Under the pieces are notes generated by a model. That model worked only from the letters and a program-made list of their open reading frames with translations, did no database searches and was not told the DNA's origin. This document shows positions 7,937 through 17,135 of a stretch of DNA of 64,000 bases, piece after piece (position 1 is the stretch's first letter; the number at the start of each line of letters is the position of its first letter). The position numbers and the translations under genes are program-made. The DNA comes from a bacterium (lineage in GTDB: Bacteria; Elusimicrobiota; JBDRMW01; JBDROU01), in the NCBI GenBank assembly GCA_043809745.1, contig JBDROU010000046.1, forward strand, positions 1,733 to 65,732, read 5' to 3'.

Positions 7937-9652
7937 ATGTTTACAGAAAGTGATATATACTTGGGCGAGATTTTAATAAATAACAAATTAATCTCCAGGG
8001 AACAACTTGATAAAGCATTAGAAGAACAAAAAAAAGCCGGCGGTTTTATAGGTGAAATCATAGTAAATCTGGGTTTTGCTGATGAAAAAGAGGTATTTGA
8101 ATTAATATCAAAGAAAATAAACATCCCTTATATCAGAATTAAAGAAACCAAGATTGAAGAGAGCATAACAAAATCCGTACCTGCAAGATACGCCTACCAT
8201 TATTCTGTAATCCCTGTTTCTAAAAAAGGCAAAACTCTCACAGTTGCAATGAGTGATCCGCTGGATGTTGCTGTAAGGGATGACCTTGAACTTTTGCTCG
8301 GTTTTTCAATTGAACCTGCTTTATCCAGAAAAAAAGACATCCTAGAAGAAATAAGCAGGTATTACGGCGTTGGAGCGGAAACCTTGGAACGCATGATAGA
8401 TCAATCCGCGCCAAAACAGAAAGAATCAACCCACACTCAACACGGAAGCGAAGAGATAAGAGATGTTTCTATAGACGCATCAATAAGCAGGCTTGTAAAC
8501 CAGATACTTCTTGAAGCGCACGAAAAAAGGGCTACCGATATTCATATCGAACCTTACGAGGGCGAGGTTAAGATAAGATACAGGATTGACGGCGTATTAT
8601 ATCAGGCTCCGGTTCCTGAGGAGTTGAAATATTTCAATCAGTCAATAATCTCCAGAATAAAAATAATGGCTTCATTGAATATCGCGGAAAAAAGACTCCC
8701 TCAGGACGGCAAGATCAAAGTGAAAATCGGCGGCGAAGATCTTAACTTAAGGGTTTCAATACTGCCAACCCCGTTCGGTGAAAGCGTCAATATAAGGCTG
8801 CTTAATACTGACATAAGGCTCGGACTAAAGAATTTAGGGTTCGCTGATAAAGACCTAACCATGCTGGAAAATATAATAAAAAAACCTCACGGTATAATCC
8901 TTGTAACCGGCCCCACAGGAAGCGGAAAGACCACTACTTTATATTCCTGCCTTGATAAAATAAATCAAGTGGACAGAAAGATAATTACCATAGAAGATCC
9001 TATAGAATATCAGCTGAAAGGCATAACCCAGATACAGATCCACCCTCAAATAGATCTGAGTTTTGCCCGGGGCTTAAGATCTATGCTAAGGCACGACCCT
9101 GATGTAATGATGGTCGGCGAGATACGAGACTATGAAACCGCCGAGATAGCCATAAGGGTAGCCTTAACAGGCCATCTGGTTTTCAGCACACTCCATACAA
9201 ACGATTCAGCCGGAGCAATAACAAGGCTGCTGGACATGGGGGTAGAACCCTATCTGATCGCTTCATCAGTGGAATGCATTGTAGCACAACGTCTAGTACG
9301 TGTCCTGTGCCCTCACTGCAAGTCCAAAGAAATTCCCAAACAAGAAGCCCTGGGAGAATTAGGAATAAAAACAACACAAAATATTCATATTTTTGAGAAC
9401 AAGAGCTGCAGCAAATGCAGATTCACAGGCTTTCTGGGCAGAACCGCTATATATGAAATACTTTCCTTAAACGAAGAAATCCGAGGGCTAATATTAAACC
9501 GCAGAGCTTCCAGCGATATTAAAAAAGCAGCCCTTAAAACAGGCATGAAAACCATGCGGGAAAACGGCTGGGATAAAATAAGAAAAGGCATCACAACAAT
9601 AAGCGAAGTCTTAAGGGTAACGCAGGAAGAGGGAGATCTGGAGTACAAATGA
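7937..9652 (+). CDS. gspE: Type II secretion ATPase GspE with N-terminal T2SSE_N/MshEN-like domain and tetracysteine zinc motif
   Basis: Walker A 'GPTGSGKTTTLYSCL', Asp box, His box and 'CPHC...CSKC'. N-terminus 'YLGEILINNKLISREQLDKALEEQ' plus 'FIGEIIVNLGFADEKEVFELISKK' resemble the tandem MshEN c-di-GMP-binding motifs. Confidence 0.9.
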   Translation: MFTESDIYLGEILINNKLISREQLDKALEEQKKAGGFIGEIIVNLGFADEKEVFELISKKINIPYIRIKETKIEESITKSVPARYAYHYSVIPVSKKGKTLTVAMSDPLDVAVRDDLELLLGFSIEPALSRKKDILEEISRYYGVGAETLERMIDQSAPKQKESTHTQHGSEEIRDVSIDASISRLVNQILLEAHEKRATDIHIEPYEGEVKIRYRIDGVLYQAPVPEELKYFNQSIISRIKIMASLNIAEKRLPQDGKIKVKIGGEDLNLRVSILPTPFGESVNIRLLNTDIRLGLKNLGFADKDLTMLENIIKKPHGIILVTGPTGSGKTTTLYSCLDKINQVDRKIITIEDPIEYQLKGITQIQIHPQIDLSFARGLRSMLRHDPDVMMVGEIRDYETAEIAIRVALTGHLVFSTLHTNDSAGAITRLLDMGVEPYLIASSVECIVAQRLVRVLCPHCKSKEIPKQEALGELGIKTTQNIHIFENKSCSKCRFTGFLGRTAIYEILSLNEEIRGLILNRRASSDIKKAALKTGMKTMRENGWDKIRKGITTISEVLRVTQEEGDLEYK

Positions 9653-10860
9653 CAACATTTTATTATAAAGCTAAAACAAAATCACATGAGCTTGTTGAAG
9701 GTTTCATTGAAGCCGCCAGCAGGCGACTGGCTATTTTAGATTTGGATTCAAAAGGGTTAATCCCCTTTAGTCTTACGGAAGAAGTTGTTAAGGATAACAA
9801 TTCAGGAATTAAAATAAGTCTATTTCGGCGAATCTCATCCCAGGAGATCACAATATTTACCCGTCAATTATCAGATTTATTATACGGCGGGGTACCAATT
9901 GTAAAAGCATTGATAATTCTTAATAACCAGTTAAGCAATAAAAAGTTTAAGAATATAACTGAAGAGATCGTGAAAAGCGTACAGGAAGGCGAAAGTTTTT
10001 CAAACAGCTTAAAGCATTATCCTGAATTATTTTCAGGATTTTTTATAAGCCTGGTGAAATCAGGCGAGATGAGCGGCAGATTAAATGAGATATTGGCCAG
10101 AATAGCAGATTTCAGGGAGAAGGAAGAGGAAGTAAAATTAAAGCTTAGCTCAGCTTTGACATACCCGGTTTTAATTTTACTTGTAGGCACATTAAGCATC
10201 GTATTCCTTCTGTCGGTAGTTATACCCAGAATAGTATCAATGTTTAACGAGATGGGACAGCTGCTGCCGCTGCCGACCCAAATATTGGTTGCAGTAAGCC
10301 GCTTATTCACTAATTACTGGTGGGCTGTAATACTTCTTATCGTATTTACAGCGCTGTCTATGCACAGAATACTGAAAACTGAAAAAGGAAAAACAGCAAT
10401 AAGCAGCTTCATACTGCATATACCCTTTTGGGGAAATCTTATAAAAAAAATTGAGATAACACGTTTTTCGGGTACTCTGGCCATGCTTCTCGAAAGCGGG
10501 GTTCCTGTGCTTTCTTCCGTACACCTTGTTAAGGGCGTACTAACAAATGAAACAATCAGGCGTGAATCAGACAGAATTTACAATTCAATAATACAGGGGT
10601 CATCGCTTTCAAAGAGCTTAAAAGAAAGCACAGTTTTCCCCGCTTCAGTGGTGGATATGATAGCGGTAGGCGAGGAAAGCAATATACTCGGCAGCACATT
10701 GGCAAAGATCGCAGCTTCTTGCGAAAAGGAATCCGACAGAACAATCAAAAAAGGTTTAACTATGCTCGAACCCGTAACCATACTCGTTATGGGATTGGTA
10801 ATCGGATTTATTGTAGTAGCTATGCTGCTGCCGATATTTCAGATGAATGTTATGAGGTAA
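9649..10860 (+). CDS. gspF: Type II secretion inner-membrane platform protein GspF
   Basis: 403 aa with two T2SSF repeats and three TM segments. Start overlaps the gspE stop. Confidence 0.9.
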   Translation: MTTFYYKAKTKSHELVEGFIEAASRRLAILDLDSKGLIPFSLTEEVVKDNNSGIKISLFRRISSQEITIFTRQLSDLLYGGVPIVKALIILNNQLSNKKFKNITEEIVKSVQEGESFSNSLKHYPELFSGFFISLVKSGEMSGRLNEILARIADFREKEEEVKLKLSSALTYPVLILLVGTLSIVFLLSVVIPRIVSMFNEMGQLLPLPTQILVAVSRLFTNYWWAVILLIVFTALSMHRILKTEKGKTAISSFILHIPFWGNLIKKIEITRFSGTLAMLLESGVPVLSSVHLVKGVLTNETIRRESDRIYNSIIQGSSLSKSLKESTVFPASVVDMIAVGEESNILGSTLAKIAASCEKESDRTIKKGLTMLEPVTILVMGLVIGFIVVAMLLPIFQMNVMR

Positions 10861-10895
10861 GTAAATATTTAGAGCTAATAATAGGAGGCTTCAAA

Positions 10896-11333
10896 ATGAA
10901 AAGAATTAAAACAAACAAAGGCTTTACCCTTATAGAATTAATGCTTGTTGTTGTTATACTCGGAATATTAGTTACTATGGTTATACCCAGATTGGTCGGC
11001 AGAAGCAAGGAAGCCCGGATATCAGCAGCTAAAGCAGATATCGAAGCCAACATAGCCATAGCCCTGGATTTGTATGAACTTGATAACGGGAACTACCCCT
11101 CAACAGAACAGGGATTGGAAGCACTCAGAATAAAACCTGAATCCCCTCCGCTTCCAAAAAAATGGAAAGGCCCTTATATAAAAAAGAAAGTCCCTGTAGA
11201 TCCATGGGGCAACAAGTATGTATACCAATGCCCGGGCTCGCATAATAAGGAAGATTATGATCTTTACTCACTGGGGGCTGACGGCGTAGAAGGCGGCGGG
11301 GATGATATCTCTAATTGGGAGCAGGAAGAATAA
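10896..11333 (+). CDS. gspG: Major pseudopilin GspG
   Basis: RBS AGGAGG before the ATG at 10896. Prepilin leader 'MKRIKTNKG|FTLIELMLVVVILGIL' (Gly-1, Glu+5). C-terminus 'DPWGNKYVYQCPGSHNKEDYDLYSLGADGVEGGGDDISNWE' is the GspG signature. The track ORF 10719..11333 is an in-frame N-terminal over-extension into gspF. Confidence 0.9.
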   Translation: MKRIKTNKGFTLIELMLVVVILGILVTMVIPRLVGRSKEARISAAKADIEANIAIALDLYELDNGNYPSTEQGLEALRIKPESPPLPKKWKGPYIKKKVPVDPWGNKYVYQCPGSHNKEDYDLYSLGADGVEGGGDDISNWEQEE

Positions 11334-11334
11334 T

Positions 11335-11811
11335 ATGCGGTTCAGAATTAAAGGTTTTACATTAATTGAGCTTATTATAGTCATATTAATACTCGCTGTA
11401 ATGAGCTCAATATCTATACCGCTGTTTAAGAGCTGGTACGGCTCAGCAAGTACCGAAGATACAGCATCAAGAATAACAGCACTGCTTAATTATGCCCATC
11501 AAAAAGCATTATTAGAGCGCAAATCAATAAGGTTCAATATAGATACAGCCAGCAGGAATTACTGGCTTACATATAAAGATAAATCTACCGGCAAATTCAG
11601 CAAAGAAAAAGGAAAACACAGCCGCGTTTTCTCATACTCAGATAAATTAACCGTTATTAGTAAAAACAGTTATTACGATTTCACAAAATACGGTGATCAT
11701 GATCTAATTAATATTAAAGTGTCCATTAACCAAAATAATGGTTTCGAGATACTTAGCAACGGCCGTTTCGAAACTGTTAAAGCCTTGCCGTTACAAGAAG
11801 AATCTGTATGA
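11335..11811 (+). CDS. gspH: Minor pseudopilin, GspH-like
   Basis: Prepilin N-terminus 'MRFRIKG|FTLIELIIVILILAV'. About 158 aa, placed after gspG. Confidence 0.6.
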   Translation: MRFRIKGFTLIELIIVILILAVMSSISIPLFKSWYGSASTEDTASRITALLNYAHQKALLERKSIRFNIDTASRNYWLTYKDKSTGKFSKEKGKHSRVFSYSDKLTVISKNSYYDFTKYGDHDLINIKVSINQNNGFEILSNGRFETVKALPLQEESV

Positions 11812-12182
11812 TGAAAAGCAAAGAAAAAGGGTTTTCGCTAATAGAAGTACTGGTTACACTGGTAGTTCTCTCTGTGGGTTTGGTTTATATAATTGGGTCT
11901 TTAAGGACATCTATTTACTCGGTTAAAGTATCAAAAGATTATTACGCTTCTTATCTTTTGCTCGAAAATAAAATGTGGGAGCTTAATGCTGAAGGCTCTT
12001 TTAGCATAGGAACAGAAGAATATTCATGCGATGAGGAAGATCCAATTGACTGTTCTTACAAGGCTGAAATTACCGAACCAAACGGCGAAATACTCAGTCA
12101 TCTGGTGCTTAAGCTAATTGATAAGCAAGAAAAAGAAATTTCCAGCTTAGAAACACTGGTAATCCTAAATGAGGATTTATGA
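11808..12182 (+). CDS. gspI: Minor pseudopilin, GspI-like
   Basis: 'MMKSKEKG|FSLIEVLVTLVV'. 124 aa, typical GspI size. ATGA overlap with gspH. Confidence 0.6.
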   Translation: MMKSKEKGFSLIEVLVTLVVLSVGLVYIIGSLRTSIYSVKVSKDYYASYLLLENKMWELNAEGSFSIGTEEYSCDEEDPIDCSYKAEITEPNGEILSHLVLKLIDKQEKEISSLETLVILNEDL

Positions 12183-12787
12183 TCTTAAATCAAATTGAAT
12201 CAGAAAATACTCAAAAGGCCTTTACTCTTATTGAGCTTCTCATTGCTTTATCCATATTTTCAATTGCGGCTGTGACAATTATTTCAGTATTTCAGAAGGG
12301 CCTGCTTGCCTGGAAGAAAGGCAGCAGTATAATAAGCTTAAACCAAAAAACAAGGGCTTTCTCAGAATTATTTTCAAGGGAATTAAGAAATATTAGGACT
12401 TTCTCCCCCATTAAGTTTTCCGGCGAAACAAGCAGCATCTCTTTCCCCAACCTTTCAACTGATAAAACTAAAGGTTGCTTCAACAAAACTACCTATTACT
12501 TTGATTCTATGAACAAAACAATAGTAAGGAACACAAAGAGTTTAAGTGATATATATCTAAATAATACGGGATCGGATGAACCTATGTTGACAGATGTTGA
12601 GGAATTTAAGTTGGAATACGCATATTCAAGCGCAGATCAAGGCCTTTCATGGAAAGAACTTTGGGACGCGGAAGACTCCGTCCCCAAAGGCCTTAAGATA
12701 CACTTAAAACTCCTGGATAATGAAAACAAAGAAGAAGTTTTCTCAAGATTTATATATATACCTGCAGGATATTCGCCACAAGGATGA
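12179..12787 (+). CDS. gspJ: Minor pseudopilin, GspJ-like
   Basis: '...TQKA|FTLIELLIALSIFSIAAV'. 202 aa. ATGA overlap with the previous gene. Confidence 0.55.
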   Translation: MILNQIESENTQKAFTLIELLIALSIFSIAAVTIISVFQKGLLAWKKGSSIISLNQKTRAFSELFSRELRNIRTFSPIKFSGETSSISFPNLSTDKTKGCFNKTTYYFDSMNKTIVRNTKSLSDIYLNNTGSDEPMLTDVEEFKLEYAYSSADQGLSWKELWDAEDSVPKGLKIHLKLLDNENKEEVFSRFIYIPAGYSPQG

Positions 12788-12790
12788 GAA

Positions 12791-13762
12791 ATGAATGCAA
12801 AAAATAAGGGATCAATATTAATATTAACACTCTGGATAATGGCAATTCTGTCTCTGCTGGCTATTAATATTGCAGGCAGTATGAGCTATGAACTGTATAT
12901 TACAGGAAGATTTATAGATTCAATAAAATCTTTTCAAATCCTCCAGGCAGGCATCAGAAAAGCAGCATTGCTAACTAGAATTGATGATGATACCGCAGAC
13001 AGCCTGAAGGATATATGGAGCAACAACCCTAAAGAATTTAAAAAAATACAGGTTGGGGAAGGTTATTTAACAATATCCAGGAAAAATAGCGGCGAAACAG
13101 AAGACATAGTTTACGGTTTGATTGATGAATCTAGAAAATTAAATATTAATACAGCATCTAAGGAAATTCTCAAGTCCGTAGATGGTCTGGAAGAGATTCA
13201 TGTTCATTCAATTATTGACTGGCGCGATGAGGATGATTTGTCGCTCCCAATGGGAGCTGAGAACTCTTACTATGAATCGTTACCCAATCCGTATAAGTGC
13301 AAGAATTCGCCCTTTGAAAGCCTGGATGAACTTCTTCTGGTAAGAGGATTTTCTCCTGAACTACTATCAAAAGTAAAAGACAAATTAACGGTTTTCAGTA
13401 GCGGACAGATCAATATAAACACCTGCACATTCGAAACATTGAAATCTATCGGGCTGGATGATAACACCATCCAGATAGTAATAGACTACAGGAATGGCAA
13501 TGACGCCGAAGAAGGCACCGAAGACGACAGGATATTCACTAATCCAAAATTAATACTGAGCGAACTCTTAACCGAGTATCAGCTCAGCGAAGGCGAATCT
13601 GCGCAGATTACGGGTATAATTGATAAAAATATATTATGCGCTAACACTGAATATTTTCAAATGAACATCGAAGTGGAGTTAAACAAAGAAATAACCAATA
13701 ACGCATATATAATATTTAACAGGAAAAACGGCGAGATAGTATATTGGGACGAGGAATATTAA
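12791..13762 (+). CDS. gspK: Minor pseudopilin GspK-like (no Glu+5)
   Basis: 'MNAKNKGSILILTLWIMAILSLLAI' lacks the Glu+5 residue, as is characteristic of GspK. 323 aa with helix-hairpin-helix-like repeats 'LDELLLVRGFSPELLSKV'. Confidence 0.6.
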   Translation: MNAKNKGSILILTLWIMAILSLLAINIAGSMSYELYITGRFIDSIKSFQILQAGIRKAALLTRIDDDTADSLKDIWSNNPKEFKKIQVGEGYLTISRKNSGETEDIVYGLIDESRKLNINTASKEILKSVDGLEEIHVHSIIDWRDEDDLSLPMGAENSYYESLPNPYKCKNSPFESLDELLLVRGFSPELLSKVKDKLTVFSSGQININTCTFETLKSIGLDDNTIQIVIDYRNGNDAEEGTEDDRIFTNPKLILSELLTEYQLSEGESAQITGIIDKNILCANTEYFQMNIEVELNKEITNNAYIIFNRKNGEIVYWDEEY

Positions 13763-15205
13763 ATGTTTCTAGGCAAATTTATTAAACCAAAAGGCACCAT
13801 AATTTCTAACATAATAGAATTCGAAGAGCACAGCATCCGACTTATTCAGTATTCCGAATCCAATGGAAAGAAGAATATACTGGGGATTTTTGAAGAGAAG
13901 GTTGATCCGGAATTAAATGAAGATTTATCAGTTAAGGTTTCTAAGCTTATAAGCAGAGCCGATTCCAAAGTGCAAGATGCCGGAATAATTATACCCAGGA
14001 GCCTAATTGCTGTTAAATATTTTACTTTCCCTTCTATCGATCCCGAAGAATTAATGGAGATGGTAAACCTTCAGCTTATTAAGGATATGCCAATCTCACA
14101 AAATGATATAAAAAGCGATTATACTGTAATATCACAAAATGGTTCAAATTCATTTGTTGAAGTATTCGCCGTGCAAAGATCGGTAACAGATCAATTTTGC
14201 AGTATATTAAAAGAAAACGACGTGCAGCCTAAATTCTGCACTGTAAGTTCATACGCGCTTTTTAGTCTAATAAAGCATTTTTATACAGAAAAGCTGGAAG
14301 ACAAAAAAATAATTGGATTAATTTATAAAAGCGTTCATAACATTGATTTTTTAATATTCAACAGCCGCGAACTGTTATTCAGCCGCAGTTTCTCATACGA
14401 AAACCAGTTAATGAACACAGATGTAACGCTCAAATTTATAAGCGACTCAATTGCATATTTCAAGAAAAAGATCACTAATAATAATTTTGATAAAATATTC
14501 ATTCTCAACGAATTAAATAAAGACGATGAGATGCATAACTCAATAAGGTTTCAATTGAACATACCAATAGATGAGCTTAACATAAAGGAACTCGCTTCAC
14601 ATTTCGTACAAACCGGGAATAAAGTCTTAGAGTTTGACGCTAAAACAGCAAAATTTGCAGGTTTGCTATTAACCGAAGATATTCATCTTGATTTCCTTAA
14701 AAGAGAGAGCCGCGCAAGGAAGGTATCGCTTTCAGTAAAAAAAGAAATTATCAAATTCATTGTATTATGCAGTTCTTCCTTAATACTCATACTGCTTATC
14801 ATCTTCTCCTGGTTCTGGAAGCAGAATCGATATCTAAATGCTCTTGAGAGCAAAATTAATTTGACTCAGCCGCTCTCTGACAGATTAAATTCCATGCGGT
14901 CAAAATCATCTATAATAAATAAATACTTAAACAGAAATAACTCAAGCATAGAGGTCCTGGCAGAAATATTTCACATGATTCCTAAAAGCGTAAATCTTTC
15001 AGGTTTTATGTACAACAGCGAAAACGAGCTTACTCTGCAGGGGACTTCTGCTAATATGTCAGATGTATTTAAGCTTGTATCTATCCTGGAAAAATCGAAA
15101 CAATTTGAAAAGGTGGAACTGAGATACGCAAGCAAAAGAGAGTTAACTGCAAAAACAATAACAGATTTTCAGATATTCTGTCATTTTGTGCCAAATGAGA
15201 GTTGA
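13763..15205 (+). CDS. gspL: GspL-like bitopic assembly protein (cytoplasmic actin-like domain, TM, periplasmic domain)
   Basis: 480 aa with a single TM 'IIKFIVLCSSSLILILLIIFSWFW' near residue 330. The gene-order position is that of gspL. Confidence 0.5.
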   Translation: MFLGKFIKPKGTIISNIIEFEEHSIRLIQYSESNGKKNILGIFEEKVDPELNEDLSVKVSKLISRADSKVQDAGIIIPRSLIAVKYFTFPSIDPEELMEMVNLQLIKDMPISQNDIKSDYTVISQNGSNSFVEVFAVQRSVTDQFCSILKENDVQPKFCTVSSYALFSLIKHFYTEKLEDKKIIGLIYKSVHNIDFLIFNSRELLFSRSFSYENQLMNTDVTLKFISDSIAYFKKKITNNNFDKIFILNELNKDDEMHNSIRFQLNIPIDELNIKELASHFVQTGNKVLEFDAKTAKFAGLLLTEDIHLDFLKRESRARKVSLSVKKEIIKFIVLCSSSLILILLIIFSWFWKQNRYLNALESKINLTQPLSDRLNSMRSKSSIINKYLNRNNSSIEVLAEIFHMIPKSVNLSGFMYNSENELTLQGTSANMSDVFKLVSILEKSKQFEKVELRYASKRELTAKTITDFQIFCHFVPNES

Positions 15206-15741
15206 ATATGATTATTAAACACCTATCAAAAAGAGAAAGAATATTGTTCTATATAACTTTGTTATTTATAGTTGGCGTGCTGTTTAACTTTTTAATTATT
15301 TCCCCTTTAGCAAACCTTAAAGAGAAGCTTTCTTTTGAAATTATCAGAAAAGAAATTGCTTTAAAGAAGAATATGTCAGTTATTAGCAAAAAAAAAGAAA
15401 TTCAAGAAAATTACAATATTCTTTCTAATTTCATAAAGAAGCAAGGCTCAGATGAAGAAGAATCGGCAAACTTGCTCAAAGAAATTGAAACTCTGGCCAG
15501 CAAATCAAAAATTTCACTTATTAATATAAAACCCAAGCCGCCAAAAGAAATGGAATTCTACAAAATATATTCAGTGGAAATAGAAGGCGAGGGTTACCTT
15601 GAACAGCTCGTAAGATTCATTTACAATCTTGAGCAATCAAAGCAATTACTCAAGGCCGAAAAGTTAAACATTTCCGTAAAGAGCAGCTCCTCCTCCACAC
15701 TCAAATTCTCCCTCCTAGTGGGGACGTTGTTTACAGATTGA
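15202..15741 (+). CDS. gspM: GspM/PilO-like protein
   Basis: 179 aa with N-terminal TM 'ILFYITLLFIVGVLFNFLIISPL' and a coiled-coil. Last gene of the operon; start overlaps the gspL stop. Confidence 0.45.
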   Translation: MNMIIKHLSKRERILFYITLLFIVGVLFNFLIISPLANLKEKLSFEIIRKEIALKKNMSVISKKKEIQENYNILSNFIKKQGSDEEESANLLKEIETLASKSKISLINIKPKPPKEMEFYKIYSVEIEGEGYLEQLVRFIYNLEQSKQLLKAEKLNISVKSSSSSTLKFSLLVGTLFTD

Positions 15742-15875
15742 CAGTTGAATAAACTAGTGGCACCCCCCACATCTATTTAATTTTTTTACAACTGAAGAAT
15801 AGGAACAAATATGGAAGTTGCTTTAATCTACTATTCTTCAATCTTTTAAACTGTCAATCTGTCATCAACGTCCCC
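15720..15875. repeat. Long-range imperfect inverted repeat with a nested hairpin at the 3' end of the T2SS operon. Outer 27-nt arms GGGGACGTTGTTTACAGATTGACAGTT / AACTGTCAATCTGTCATCAACGTCCCC; inner TGAAGAATAG / CTATTCTTCA
   Basis: Arms at 15720-15746 and 15849-15875 (25 of 27 complementary). Inner arms at 15793-15802 and 15831-15840. The left arm overlaps the gspM stop. Confidence 0.5.
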
Positions 15876-15937
15876 AAAATATTTTACAATAACTTTACAG
15901 CGAATTTTACATACTTGTGGTATACTTAATTAGGCCT

Positions 15938-17029
15938 ATGAATAGATTTATACGTCTAATTATTACTATATTTCTTTTATTCCAGATACCAGTTCAATCT
16001 TGGAGCAGGACTATGCTTGCTCCCCCGCATTCAATGGAACTAATTCGCAAAAAACAAGTGCAATCCTATCAAAATGCAGTACGGGATTTTATCCGGAAGC
16101 AATCGCAAATTTATGCCTGTGCAGCTGCAAAGAATATTTACCAGCTAAAAATATTAAATTTGCCAAACACTACAGCTAGATTATCAAATATACAAACAAA
16201 TATTCGTTCTCTTACACCAGAAAAACTTCTAGCTAAATTTATGGATTATGCTCAAGAAAAAGGCGGAGGAAATTACAAATCTTTGGACCCCAAAAATTTT
16301 GATCCTGGAGATTTTCAGGACTTTATAGGAAATAAATTTATGGTTCTTGATAATATTTTTGAACTGCTTAAGCTACATATTGAAAATAATGACCAGGATA
16401 AGATTGAAGATAAATTTTCTAAAATATGCAATTATTATGAGCTAATTTCAATTGTCTTAGCCAATATTTTAGGCATAGAGGAATTTTCCACCATCTTCCA
16501 ATCGGCAGAATGGCTGGAAGAAATTCAATGGTACAAGGCCATTTTAAGCAAAACAACCAACCAAACATCTGAGGTTAAAGATTATTTAAAAGAACTTCAA
16601 AGTAAATTCACAGCTGCAGATGAGGAAATACTCGGAATGGATAATGAACAATTAGAAGAGGAATTTAAAAGAATTAACGAAGGTTATAATGTGCCAGATT
16701 ACTCTCATAAATTGTCTTATGAATTTGATTACCAAGAATTTTACGATTTCTGCTCGAATATAGGAGTAGGTACTGTTATAATGATCTTTAGTGGGTTTTA
16801 CGATAAGCTTTTACGTGGAGAACAAATAAATTTAATTTACTTTAACAAAATAACTCTAAATCTGCCTGAATATTACAGAAAAGGCATGATTCTTTTGTGC
16901 TGTTTCATTGGTAAAGATTTAGTTTACCCAAACAAGGGGGTCGTTGGTGGGATAATTAAACTTCCCCAACCTACAAAACCAGCTATTGAACAAATTGATA
17001 ATCCCTCATACTATGAAAACTCTTTATAG
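15938..17029 (+). CDS. Hypothetical secreted alpha-helical protein (candidate T2SS substrate)
   Basis: Signal peptide 'MNRFIRLIITIFLLFQIPVQSWS' then 'RTMLAPPHSMEL'. No family recognised. The track ORF begins at GTG 15917; the ATG at 15938 gives a canonical n-region. Confidence 0.5.
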   Translation: MNRFIRLIITIFLLFQIPVQSWSRTMLAPPHSMELIRKKQVQSYQNAVRDFIRKQSQIYACAAAKNIYQLKILNLPNTTARLSNIQTNIRSLTPEKLLAKFMDYAQEKGGGNYKSLDPKNFDPGDFQDFIGNKFMVLDNIFELLKLHIENNDQDKIEDKFSKICNYYELISIVLANILGIEEFSTIFQSAEWLEEIQWYKAILSKTTNQTSEVKDYLKELQSKFTAADEEILGMDNEQLEEEFKRINEGYNVPDYSHKLSYEFDYQEFYDFCSNIGVGTVIMIFSGFYDKLLRGEQINLIYFNKITLNLPEYYRKGMILLCCFIGKDLVYPNKGVVGGIIKLPQPTKPAIEQIDNPSYYENSL

Positions 17030-17065
17030 GGACTAACCACATATTTATTAAAATCGCGTTATTGT

Positions 17066-17098
17066 AGTTACTGAAAAGTAATGAGTAACTTGGTTTTT
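17066..17098. terminator. Candidate bidirectional rho-independent terminator between convergent genes
   Basis: Hairpin AGTTACT-(11 nt)-AGTAACT followed by TGGTTTTT on the plus strand. It sits between the 15938..17029 gene (+) and the response regulator (-). Confidence 0.4.
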
Positions 17099-17135
17099 AA
17101 GGAAGTGTAAAATAAATATGGAGGTTGTTCCGATT

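Noticed and set aside
10719-11333. Track ORF giving a 204-aa GspG with a 59-aa N-terminal extension
   Set aside because: The extension overlaps the gspF coding region in another frame and lacks an RBS. The ATG at 10896 has AGGAGG and yields a canonical prepilin leader.
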